Shown here in pieces: positions 42,328-52,131 of a stretch of 64,000 bases of DNA. Made by a program: the position numbers and the translations under genes. The stretch's first letter is position 1. Every line of letters starts with the position of its first letter. The notes beneath the pieces are model-generated. The model was not told where the DNA came from, searched no databases, and was given only the letters and a program-made list of their open reading frames with translations. Source of the stretch: an uncultured Acidimicrobiales bacterium (lineage in GTDB: Bacteria; Actinomycetota; Acidimicrobiia; Acidimicrobiales; DATKAS01); the NCBI GenBank assembly GCA_963773315.1, contig CAVZAF010000002.1, forward strand, positions 411,410-475,409. Direction: 5' to 3'.

Positions 42328-44119
42328 GTGTCGCCGTTCCCGCGAAACCTCTGGCAGGCTGAGCCCGTGAACATCCACACCCACAGCTACGACGCCGTGA
42401 TCGTGGGGGCAGGGGGGGCCGGCCTACGGGCGGCGATCGAGGTGGCCGGCAAGTGCCGCACCGCCGTCATCACCAAGCTCTATCCCACCCGCTCGCACAC
42501 GGGTGCTGCGCAGGGCGGCATGTGCGCCGCGTTGGCCAACGTCGAAGAGGACTCGTGGGAGTGGCACACCTTCGACACAGTGAAGGGCGGCGACTACCTC
42601 GTCGACCAGGCCGCGGCCGAGATCATGTGCCGCGAGGCGATCGACGCGGTGATCGAGCTCGAGCACTTCGGCTTGCCGTTCAACCGCACACCCGAGGGTC
42701 GCATCGACCAGCGCCGGTTCGGCGGCCACACCCGCAACCACGGCGAGGCTCCGGTGCGTCGGGCCTGCTACTCGGCCGACCGTACGGGCCACATGATCTT
42801 GCAGACGCTGTACCAGCAGTGCGTGGCGCGTGACGTCAACTTCTTCAACGAGTACCAGGTGCTCGACGTCGTGTTCGAGGGGGAGGGTGCCGATCGTCGC
42901 GTCGCTGCTGCAGTTGCGTACGAGCTCGCGCACGGGCGACCTCCACGTCTTCCAGACGAAGGCGATCCTGTTCGCGTCCGGCGGCTTCGGGAAGATGTTC
43001 AAGATCTCGTCGAACGCGCACTCGCTCACCGGCGACGGGCCCGGCCTTCTCTACCGGCGGGGCATCCCCATGGAAGACATGGAGATGTTCCAGTTCCACC
43101 CGACGGGCATCTACAAGATGGGGATCCTCCTGTCCGAGGCCGCACGCGGCGAGGGCGGCATCCTGCGCAACGCCGACGGTGAGCGGTTCATGGAGCGCTA
43201 CGCCCCGACGGTGAAAGACCTCGCGCCGCGCGACATGGTGAGCCGGGCCGAGCTGCTCGAGATCCGCGAGGGACGCGGATGCGGTCCGAACAAGGATCAC
43301 ATCATGCTCGACCTCACTCACCTGCCTCCCGAGCAGATCGACGCCAAGCTGCCGGACATCACCGAGTTCGTGCGCACGTACTTGGGCATCGAGCCGAAGA
43401 AGGATCTCATCCCGATCCAGCCGACCGCGCACTACGCGATGGGTGGCATCCCGACGAACGTCAACGGCGAAGTAGTGGTCGACGCCGAGGGAACGGTGCT
43501 GCCGGGTCTGTACGCCGCGGGGGAGTGCGCGTGCGTGTCGGTGCACGGAGCCAACCGGCTCGGCACCAACTCGCTGCTCGACATCGTGGTGTTCGGCCGA
43601 AGAGGCGGAAACGCAATGGCCCAGTTCGTTGCGACCGCAACGATGCCCGAGCCCCAGGCCGACGCGGCCGACGACACAAAGGCGCGCGTCGAGCGGCTCC
43701 TCGCCTCGGCGGGCAACGAGAACGTCGCCGACATCCGCAAAGAGCTGCAGGACGAGATGATGGACAAGGCGTCGGTGTTCCGCACCGAGGAGAGCCTCGG
43801 CGCGATGCTCGACATCCTCGCCGACCTGAAGGATCGCTACGAGCGCGTCGGCGTGCAAGACAAGGGCGCGGTGTTCAACTACGACCTCACCGAAGGCCTC
43901 GAGCTCGGTTACCTGCTCGACCTCGCGGAGTGCCTTGTGGTCTCGGGTCGAGCCCGCACCGAGAGCCGCGGCGCGCACTGGCGTGAGGACCATCCACTGC
44001 GCGACGACGCGAACTGGATGAAGCACACGCTCGCGTGGCGCGAGGACGATGGCACGGTCCGCCTCGGCTACAAAGAGGTCGACTCCGGGAAGTACCTACC
44101 GATGGAACGGAAGTACTGA
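42328..44119 (+). CDS. sdhA: Succinate dehydrogenase / fumarate reductase flavoprotein subunit (one apparent insertion at about 42932)
   Basis: The translation is YDAVIVGAGGAGLRAAIE...TRSHTGAAQGG...HPTGIYKMGILLSEAARGEGG...HYAMGGIPT...SRGAHWRED. The alternative start is GTG 42367. Confidence 0.9.
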
Positions 44120-44120
44120 G

Positions 44121-44821
44121 ATGGTCGCTGTCCACCTCAAGGTGAAGCGCTACGACCCCGAAGTCGACAAGAAGCCTCGCTGGCAGGAGTACGAGGTCGA
44201 GGTCGACTCGAAGGATCGAGTGCTCGACGCGCTGCACGAGGCGAAGTGGCACCACGACGGCACCCTCACCTTCCGTCGCTCGTGCGCGCACGGGGTGTGC
44301 GGCTCCGACGCGATGGTCATCAACGGGCAGAACGGCCTCGCGTGCGGGCAGCTGATCGAGAACGTGGGCACTGACATCACCCTCGAGCCAATCCGTGGGC
44401 TCCCGGTGATCAAGGACCTCGTCGTCGACATGGAGCCGTTCTTCGCCCAGTACCGGTCGATCCTCCCGTACCTCATCAACGGGGACGACCCGGGATACAA
44501 GGAGCGCAACCAGTCGGCCGACGACCGCGAGCGGTTCGACGACACGACGAAGTGCATCCTGTGCGCCTGCTGCACGACTTCGTGCCCCGTGTACTGGGGA
44601 AACTCCTCGTACGTCGGCCCGGCGGCGATCGTGAACGCGCACCGCTTCATCTTCGACTCGCGCGACCAAGCGGCCGAGCAGCGCCTCGACATCCTGAACG
44701 AGAAGTCCGGCGTCTTCCGCTGCCGCACGGCGTTCAACTGCACCGACGCGTGCCCCGCGGCATCAAGGTCACCCAGGCGATCGAAGAGGTGAAGCGGGCC
44801 CTGCTGTTCGACCGCGTCTGA
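44121..44821 (+). CDS. sdhB: Succinate dehydrogenase / fumarate reductase iron-sulfur subunit (one apparent deletion in a C-run at about 44756)
   Basis: The translation is FRRSCAHGVCGSDAMVINGQNGLAC...CILCACCTTSCP...CRTAFNCTDACP, then RGIKVTQAIEEVKRALL in the shifted frame. Confidence 0.9.
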
Positions 44822-44960
44822 CGCCGAACACCTGATCAGGGGCCCGTTCCACCTGTTGAGCGGGCATTTCGCATCGCCGGGGATCGCTCCATAGACTCCC
44901 CCGGACCTTTCTGCCAGATTGCGCCGCGAGACGCGCGCGGCCGCACACACAGGGGAATTC

Positions 44961-47322
44961 GTGACGCACATCCTCGCCGCCGAGGGCGGCTACCAAGAGT
45001 TCACGCTGTCGGGCGGCGAGTGGGCGATTCTGATCGCCTGCGCGCTGACGGCGCTCCTCGCCATCGTCGTCGGCTTCGTGCTGGCGCGCCTGGTGCTGGC
45101 CGAGGACGCGGGCACCCCGAAGATGCAGGAGATCGCCAAGGCGATCCAGGAGGGTGCCAGCGCGTACCTCAGTCGTCAGTTCAAGACGATCGTCCTCATC
45201 CTCATCCCGCTGGCCGTCGTGGTGTTCCTCACGTCGGTTCGGGTGGTGAAGCCGAACGAGACGAATGCGTTGTCGTTCGGAGAGTCCGGTCTTTACCGCA
45301 CGCTCGCGTTCATCCTCGGCTGCTTCATGTCGGGCCTCACCGGCTTCATCGGGATGACCCTCGCCGACACGCGGCAACGTGCGCACAGCTGCGGCGGCGA
45401 GGACTGGTTCGATGCCCGCGGCGCTGAAGGTCGCGTTCCGCACCGGTGGCGTCGCCGGAATGTTCACGGTCGGCCTGGGCCTGCTCGGCGCGACCGTCAT
45501 CATCATGATCTTCCAGAACACGGCGACAGCGATCCTCATCGGATTCGGCTTCGGCGGCTCGCTGCTCGCTCTGTTCCTGCGAGTAGGCGGCGGCATCTTC
45601 ACCAAGGCCGCGGACGTGGGGGCTGACCTCGTGGGCAAGGTCGAGGCGGGCATCCCCGAGGACGACCCCCGCAACCCGGCAACCATCGCGGACAACGTGG
45701 GCGACAACGTCGGTGACTGCGCCGGCATGGCCGCCGACCTGTTCGAGAGCTACGAGGTCACGCTCGTCGCGGCGATCATCCTCGGCGTCTCGGCGTTCCA
45801 CTCCATCTACCCGGACGACCCGAGCAAGTGGGCGCTCGGGCTCGTCTTCCCGCTCGGCTGCCGCGCCATCGGCGTGCTCGCGTCGATCGTCGGGCTGTTC
45901 TCGGTGCGGGCGACGGAGAAGGACAAGTCGGCGATGACGCCGATCAACCGGGGCTTCCTCGTCGCCGGCCTGCTCACCGTGGTCGGCACGCTCGTCTTCG
46001 CGCTCGTCTATGTCGGAAACGACAAGGGCACGCTCTCGAACCCCGGTTGGCGAGTGTTCGCCGCCGTGGTCATCGGTCTCGTGCTCGCACAGATCGTCAG
46101 CCGGCTCACCGAGTACTTCACCTCCACCGAGACGCGACCAGTCCGTGAGATCGCCGAGGCGGCCCGTACGGGACCCGCGACCACCGTGCTCTCGGGCATC
46201 GCCTCGGGACTCGAGTCTTCGGTGTGGGCGATCATCGCGATCGCAATTGCGATCGGCACTGCGATCGCACTCGGCGGTGGGAACCTCCAGTTCGTCTTCT
46301 ACCTCGTCGCCCTCACCGGCATGGGCATGCTTGCCACGACCGGCGTCATCGTGTCGGAGGACACGTTCGGCCCGGTGGCCGACAACGCCGCCGGCATCGC
46401 CGAGATGTCGGGTGAGTTCACCGGCGAGGCCGAGCGCATCATGGTGAGCCTCGACGCGGTCGGCAACACCACCAAGGCCGTCACCAAGGGCTTCGCGATC
46501 GGCTCAGCGGTCATCGCCGCGGTCGCGCTCTTCGCATCGTTCATCGAGACGATCGGCGCCGAGCTCAAGCTCGACGCGGTCGGGAACGCGCTGTTCCGCG
46601 ACCCGCTGACCCAGATCAACGTCGCCGACCCGAAGACGTTCATCGGTCTTCTCATCGGCGGATCGATCGCGTTCATGTTCAGCTCGCTCGCGATCCGTGC
46701 GGTCGGTCGCACTGCCGCGACCGTTGTGCAGGAGGTCCGCAGCCAGTTCGCCGACGGCAAGATCATGAGCGGCGAGAAGCTGCCTGAGTATGGCCCCGTC
46801 ATCGACATCTGCACCAAGGCGTCACTGCGTGAGCTCGCCACCCCGGCACTGCTCGCCGTGCTCTCGCCGGTCATCATCGGGTTCGGCCTCAACTACTTCG
46901 CGCTCGGTGCGTTCCTCGCTGCGGTCATCCTCACCGGGCAGCTCATGGCGAACTTCCTGTCGAACTCCGGTGGCGCGTGGGACAACGCGAAGAAGTACAT
47001 CGAGGACGGCCACGAGGGCGGCAAGGGCTCCGACGCTCACAAGGCCGCGGTCATCGGCGACACCGTCGGCGACCCGTTCAAGGACACCGCCGGCCCCGCG
47101 CTCAACCCGCTCATCAAGGTGATGAACCTGGTGTCGCTGCTGATCCTGCCCGCCGTGATCAACCTCCAGGACAACGACGGCGCCCGCTTCACGATCGCGG
47201 GCGGTGCGCTCGTCATCCTCCTCGGAGCGATCGCGTTCGCCAAGCGCAGCACGGGCTCGATGACCGACACACCGTCGGCACCGGCGGCCGCAGCCGCGCC
47301 GGCCCCACAACCCGTGAGCTGA
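44961..47322 (+). CDS. hppA: Membrane-bound H+-translocating pyrophosphatase (one apparent insertion at about 45366)
   Basis: The translation is MQEIAKAIQEGASAYLSRQF...NVRTAAAAR...GGGIFTKAADVGADLVGKVEAGIPEDDPRNPATIADNVGDNVGDCAGMAADLFESY...GGAWDNAKKYIE...DTVGDPFKDTAGPALNPLIKV. Confidence 0.92.
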
Positions 47323-47366
47323 CGGGGCGCGCAGTCGCGCGCCAGGAGCGACGCGAGCCCGCAGAC

Positions 47367-48065
47367 TCAGCCGTCTCGCGACTCGTCAACCGAGGACTCG
47401 GTCGGCGCGGCCCCGGTGGCCTTCTTCTTCTGCCGGCGGTACTCGACGAACACAGGGATGAGCGACACGACGATGATCCCGAAGATGATCGGCAACAGGT
47501 ACTTGTCGATGTTCGGGATCGTGTTGCCGAGCCAGTAACCGAGCAGCGTGACGCCGACGGCCCACAGGAACGCACCGATCACGTTGTAGAAGACGAACGT
47601 GCGGTAGCGCATGGTGCTGACGCCCGCGACGATCGGAGCGAACGTCCGCACGACGGGAACGAAGCGGGCGAGGATGATGGTCTTCGACCCGTGGTGCTCG
47701 AAGAACTCCTCGGCTCGCTCGACGTTCTCGTGCTTGAACCAGCGTGAGTCCGGTCGCTTGAAGATGCTCGGCCCGACCTTCTTGCCGAACGCGTAGCCCA
47801 CCTGGTCGCCGATGAACGCGGCGAGAAAGCAGCCGAGGAGCACGACGGCGAGGTTCAGCTTTCCTTGCGATGCGAGGAGACCCGCGGAGAAGAGCAACGA
47901 GTCGCCCGGAAGGAAGAAGCCGACGAGAAGGCCCGATTCGGCGAAGATGATCGCGATCAGGCCGATCGTCCCGAACGTGCGGATCAGGTGCTCGGGGTTC
48001 AGGCTCAGCGTGGCCAGCACGTGCACGACGTCCGACCCTACGGGCCGGGCTCCCTCCGGAGCCAT
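47367..48065 (-). CDS. DedA family membrane protein
   Basis: The translation is IIFAESGLLVGFFLPGDSLLFSAGLL...FVPVVRTFAPIVAGVSTMRYRTF. Confidence 0.85.
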   Translation of the reverse strand: MAPEGARPVGSDVVHVLATLSLNPEHLIRTFGTIGLIAIIFAESGLLVGFFLPGDSLLFSAGLLASQGKLNLAVVLLGCFLAAFIGDQVGYAFGKKVGPSIFKRPDSRWFKHENVERAEEFFEHHGSKTIILARFVPVVRTFAPIVAGVSTMRYRTFVFYNVIGAFLWAVGVTLLGYWLGNTIPNIDKYLLPIIFGIIVVSLIPVFVEYRRQKKKATGAAPTESSVDESRDG

Positions 48066-48708
48066 TCATGCCAGCCGTCTTCGTTCATCACTCGTTCGAC
48101 GAGCAACGGGCCGCCAGCGGGCCGGTCGATGCGCAGCGGGGCCCGGAGGCCGTGCGGCATCTGGGCGGGCGGCTCCGGCCAGGTCAGGCGTCCCCACTCG
48201 TGCTGCCAGCCGGCCGATCAGGTCGATGCCGAGGCTCTCGTCGGCGATCAGGATCTCGCCGCTGACCGTCGCCTCGATCGAGTAGCCGTTGGGCCCCTCG
48301 ACGGGGTCGGCGGCGGACTCCCACTCGAGGTCGATGCCGAGGGGAACGAGCACGCCGCGCTGCGCGCCGAGCGCCTCGTCCGGATCGTCGAGCGCAACGG
48401 AGAACGCCTCGTTCGCAACGGTCCAATGCTCGAGCGACGTCTCGCACACGTGGTCGGCCCACAGCCCTTCACCCCGGATTGCCAGCGAGGTCGACGGCAG
48501 ACGCAGCTCGGTGTCGACGAGCGTGAGGAGCGGGTGGCCCTCACGCACCACCGCCGCCCAGTACCACGCCTCACGTGCATGCTGGCAGCAGCGTGACCGC
48601 GGCGACCGCACCGAACGTGCCGTCGATGTCCCAGGCTTCGAACGTCCATCGCTCTTGCCAGTCGTTCCCTTCGGGCTCGTGGCGGTGCTCGTCGAAGTCA
48701 GCGGTCAT
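48048..48708 (-). CDS. Hypothetical protein, last gene of the swivel-domain operon (two apparent frameshifts, about 48590 and about 48210)
   Basis: The translation is MTADFDEHRHEPEGNDWQERWTFEAWDIDGTFGAVAAVTLLP / REAWYWAAVVREGHPLLTLVDTELRLPSTSLAIRGEGLWADH...IEATVSGEILIADESLGIDLIG / WQHEWGRLTWPEPPAQMPHGLRAPLRIDRPAGGPLLVERV. The start overlaps the upstream stop as ATGA. I recognise no family. Confidence 0.5.
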
Positions 48709-49839
48709 GGGATCTGTTCGTAGTACGCAGCGCCGTCGTCCATGTTGCCCGCCGTGTTGTCGCCTTCGAGCATCGACACGAGGTCGTAGAGCGGCTGCGG
48801 GGATGTCGCGCGGGACGGTCCAGTCGAGCTCGTCGCCGATCCCCGCGACCAGCGCGAACGGGCGAAGAAACGAGAAGTAGACGTATGCGCCGCAGCGGAT
48901 CTTCTCGTTCCGGTCCATCGCTGCGATGTTGCGATAGTGGGCCGACTGCGCCGTGCGGACCGCTGCGACGATCGCGTCGATCTCGTCGAGAGGTACCGCA
49001 TGCAGCACCCCCGTCGTCTCGTCGGTCGTGTAGAGGCCGAAGCGCACGAGGCGGTCGAGGTAGTCCTCGGGCGTCGTGTACGACGTGCCGAAGTCGGTGA
49101 CCCGGAACCTCACATCGTCGAGCACCAACGCCGCAGTGAGGTTCGAGTAGGGCACGTCGCGCGGCGACGTCGCTCCACCAGAAGTCGCTGTCCGCGAGCT
49201 GCGCGAAGTCGCGGACGAGCATCACTTGTCCGGCTTGGCCGGGCACCGCGTAGGGCCCGGTGTCTTGCGCGCCGGAGCGCGTGTCGAACCACATCAGGAA
49301 CAGATAGCCGACGAGGGTCGCGTTGAGCTTCTTGATGAGCGAGCGCTGCTCGTCGTCGACGGCGACGGTGCCCTCGAGGAGCTGCCGCGGCAACTGCCCC
49401 TTCGTACGGGCGCACGTCGTCGGTGTCCCACGCCTGCAGGTTGCCGTCGCCCCGGAAGGCGAGCGTTGCGCGCTCCCAGAAGTCGAGCACGCTCGAACGC
49501 GCCGGTCGGGGTCGTTCGCCTCGAGCGCCCATGCCCGGCGACGACCTTGCGGCCGAGCAGCCAGAAGTTGGGGACGCCCCAGAGGTGCACCGTGTTGATG
49601 CGGGTGCCCGGCCGGCGGCCGATGCGGCCGATGTCTTCCGCCGGCATCGCGGCGTCGATGGCCCGGATCATCTCGGGGTAGCGATACCAGCACTCCACGC
49701 ACGCGGTGATCACATACGCAGTCACCGGGATCAGCTTCGACTCGAGCGATGTGCGCTCCGCGCTCGAGCGCTTGCGCGATGGGCGAGTGATAGGCGATGA
49801 GGCGGTTCGCCTCGGCCTTGTGATCGACGGGTCAGCCAC
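48705..49839 (-). pseudogene. Hypothetical protein of about 377 aa, middle gene of the swivel-domain operon, broken by at least six apparent frameshifts as given
   Basis: Protein-like segments appear in alternating frames: HKAEANRLIAYHSPIAQALER / SLESKLIPVTAYVITACVECWYRYPEMIRAIDAAMPAEDIGR...WGVPNFWLLGRKV / WALEANDPDR / SVLDFWERATLAFRGDGNLQAWDTDDVRPYEG / QLPRQLLEGTVAVDDEQRSLIKKLNATLVGYLFLMWFDTRSGAQ...DFWWSDV / PYSNLTAALVLDDVRFRVTDFGTSYTTPEDYLDRLVRFGLY...DELDWTVPRDI / LYDLVSMLEGDNTAGNMDDGAAYYEQIP. I recognise no family. Confidence 0.45.
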
Positions 49840-50177
49840 GGACGATCCCCGTCGCGCCCGAGCAGTCGACCTCGACCTCGGCGTCGTTCGCGGGCTCCCC
49901 GGACGAGAAGGTGCACGCCATCACGCACGGGACTTGGAACTCGCGGCTCACGATCCCGATGTGGCTCCGCGGCGTGCCGCCGGTGCAGATGACCGCGGTG
50001 AGCTCGTGGTAGATCGGCGCGAGGAACGTCGCGCCCGCGTCGCGCACCGAGCGCGACGACGCCCTCGGCTCCGGTGTCCATGAGGGCGAGCACGTCGTCG
50101 GGACTCTCGATCGCTCGGAACCGGCCCCGCACCGACGCGGCGTCGAACACCTTCGTGCCCTCGCCGATCTGCTGCAT
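49832..50177 (-). CDS. Stand-alone PEP-utilizing-enzyme mobile (swivel, phosphohistidine) domain protein (one apparent insertion at about 50045)
   Basis: The translation is MQQIGEGTKVFDAASVRGRFRAIESPDDVLALMDTGAEGVVAL / VRDAGATFLAPIYHELTAVICTGGTPRSHIGIVSREFQVPCVMAC. This matches the pattern ...ILV..dtsP.......giVtegGg.tSHaAIvaRe.giPav. Confidence 0.7.
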
Positions 50178-50590
50178 GGCCGGGCACACTACCGACGTGG
50201 CGAAGTATCTGAGCCCGGAGTGGATCGACGAGCTCGACCGCGCCGCGCAGGCGAGCGACCTCGTGCGTCGCCGCTGCTCCCGAGCTCGTGTTCGTCGTCG
50301 AGCACGAGGTCACAGGCCTGCCCGAGGGCACTGTTCGCTACCACATCGCGTTCGATCGTGGCTCGGCGCGGCTGAGGCCTGGCGGGGCACCCGACGCGGA
50401 CGCGTGCTTCACCGAGGACGTCGAGACACGCCGTCGCCGTGAGCAGCGGTGCGATCAACGCGCAGAGCGCGTTCATGAGCGGACGACTTCGGATTCGTGG
50501 CGACATGGACAAGCTGATCGCGGCGCAGCGGGCAATCGAGGCGCTCGACGTCGCGCTCCAAGGGCCGAGAGCGAGGACCACGTATGCCTG
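50176..50590 (+). CDS. SCP2 sterol-binding domain protein (two apparent frameshifts, about 50262 and about 50428)
   Basis: The translation is AKYLSPEWIDELDRAAQASDL / PELVFVVEHEVTGLPEGTVRYHIAFDRGSARL / AVSSGAINAQSAFMSGRLRIRGDMDKLIAAQRAIEAL. The start is uncertain (ATG 50176 or GTG 50197). Confidence 0.62.
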
Positions 50591-51405
50591 AGCTTCCCGA
50601 GCTGCAGGCGCACGCCGAACGTCTCACGACGGGATGGGGCGGCAACGTGCTGCGCAAGTTCACGCCGCTCTCCTTCACGGCGATGAAGACCGCGGTGCCG
50701 CCCCCCTCCGATGCGCTCGACCATGCGCTCGAGGGTGTCGGCCGCCGCGGCAAGTACCTGCTGCTCGACTTCGGCGCGCTCACGTTCGCGGTGCACCTCA
50801 TGCAGGGCGGACGCCTGAAGCCCGACCCCAAGCAGGCAGCGAAGGTGAAGGGGGGCGTGGCGCGCTGGGTGTTCGACGATCGCAGCGCGCTCATGCTCAC
50901 CGAGGCCGGTCATGAGAGACGGGCAGGAGTGTGGACCGACCCGGAGGTCGCGACGGCCGGTCTCGGGCCCGAAGCCGATCAGGTCACGCCCGAGGAGCTC
51001 GCTGCGCTGTTCGCCGAGCACTCGATGCGGGTGCACAAGTTCCTCCGTGATCAGGGGTGCATTGCGGGGCTCGGCCGTCGCCTGGCGAACGAGGTCTGCC
51101 ATCGCGCCAAGATCTCGCCGTTCGCGTCGACGACGAAGCTCGGAGTCGCTGGCGCGCAGGCCGTTGTCACCGCGATCCACGACTGCGTCGACGAGTCGCT
51201 CGCGTACGAGCGCAGCCGCGACGACATGAGCTCGTCAGCCGACCGTCCCGGCGCGGTGCACCACCGCACGGGCCAGGCGTGCCCGGTGTGCGGCGACACG
51301 GTGCGCGAGGTCTCGTACTCCGCGTACACCGTGAACTACTGCCCGACGTGCCAGACCGGCGGGAAGGTGCTCGCGGACAACACGACGAGCAAGTTCCTCA
51401 AGTAG
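50584..51405 (+). CDS. Fpg/Nei family DNA glycosylase / AP lyase
   Basis: It starts MPELPEL (N-terminal Pro nucleophile). The H2TH region is FLRDQGCIAGLGRRLANEVCHRAKISP. The zinc finger is CPVCGDTV...YCPTCQTGG. Confidence 0.88.
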   Translation: MPELPELQAHAERLTTGWGGNVLRKFTPLSFTAMKTAVPPPSDALDHALEGVGRRGKYLLLDFGALTFAVHLMQGGRLKPDPKQAAKVKGGVARWVFDDRSALMLTEAGHERRAGVWTDPEVATAGLGPEADQVTPEELAALFAEHSMRVHKFLRDQGCIAGLGRRLANEVCHRAKISPFASTTKLGVAGAQAVVTAIHDCVDESLAYERSRDDMSSSADRPGAVHHRTGQACPVCGDTVREVSYSAYTVNYCPTCQTGGKVLADNTTSKFLK

Positions 51406-51420
51406 CGCGGACCGACGCGG

Positions 51421-52054
51421 TCATGACTGCTCGACCCCCTCGCCCACATCCGCCATGTTTCCGGTGCCGGGGATCCCGGCGGCAAGGGCGTAGCGCAACG
51501 TCACCGTGCCCTTCGGCGAGGTGCCCGCGGGCTCGACGAGGGTGAGGTTGGCGGGCACGGTGCCGCCGGAGAAGACCTTCTTTCCGCCCCCGAGCACGAT
51601 CGGGAAGACCCACAGCGTGAGCTGGTCGAAGAGCCGCTCGGCGAGCAGCGTCTGCACGAAGTCGAGGCTGCCGATGACGTGCACGTTCGCGTGACGATCT
51701 CGCACCCGGCGCACCTCCTGCGCGAGGTCGGGCCCGAGCAGCGTCGAGCCGTCCCATTCGAGCGTCGGGTTGCTCCGTGACGCGACGTACTTGGGCACCT
51801 TGTTGAAGACCTGGGCGATCTCGTTCGTTTGGTGGGGCCAGTAGGCGGCGAAGATGTCGTAGGTCTTCCTGCCGAGCAGCAGCGCGTCGAGCTTTGCGAT
51901 GCCGGCGCCCACCTGCTCGCCGATGACCGTCGTCGGCCACCGGCGCCTGCCAGCCACCGAACTCGAAGCCGCCGTCGGTGTCCTCGTCAGGTCCGCCGGG
52001 CGCCTGCGCGACCCCGTCGAGGGTCGTGAACAGATCGATCTGGATGACTCCCAT
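51421..52054 (-). CDS. Dihydrofolate reductase-like (RibD C-terminal domain) family protein (one apparent insertion at about 51940)
   Basis: The translation is MGVIQIDLFTTLDGVAQAPGGPDEDTDGGFEFGGWQAP / WPTTVIGEQVGAGIAKLDALLLGRKTYDIFAAYWP...LTLWVFPIVLGGGKKVF. Confidence 0.8.
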
Positions 52055-52131
52055 GGTGCTTCCCTTTCCGTCGAGGTGATGTCCTGACCCCTCTACGAAC
52101 GGGACAGCGCGGTTTCGACGTCAGGTGTCCC

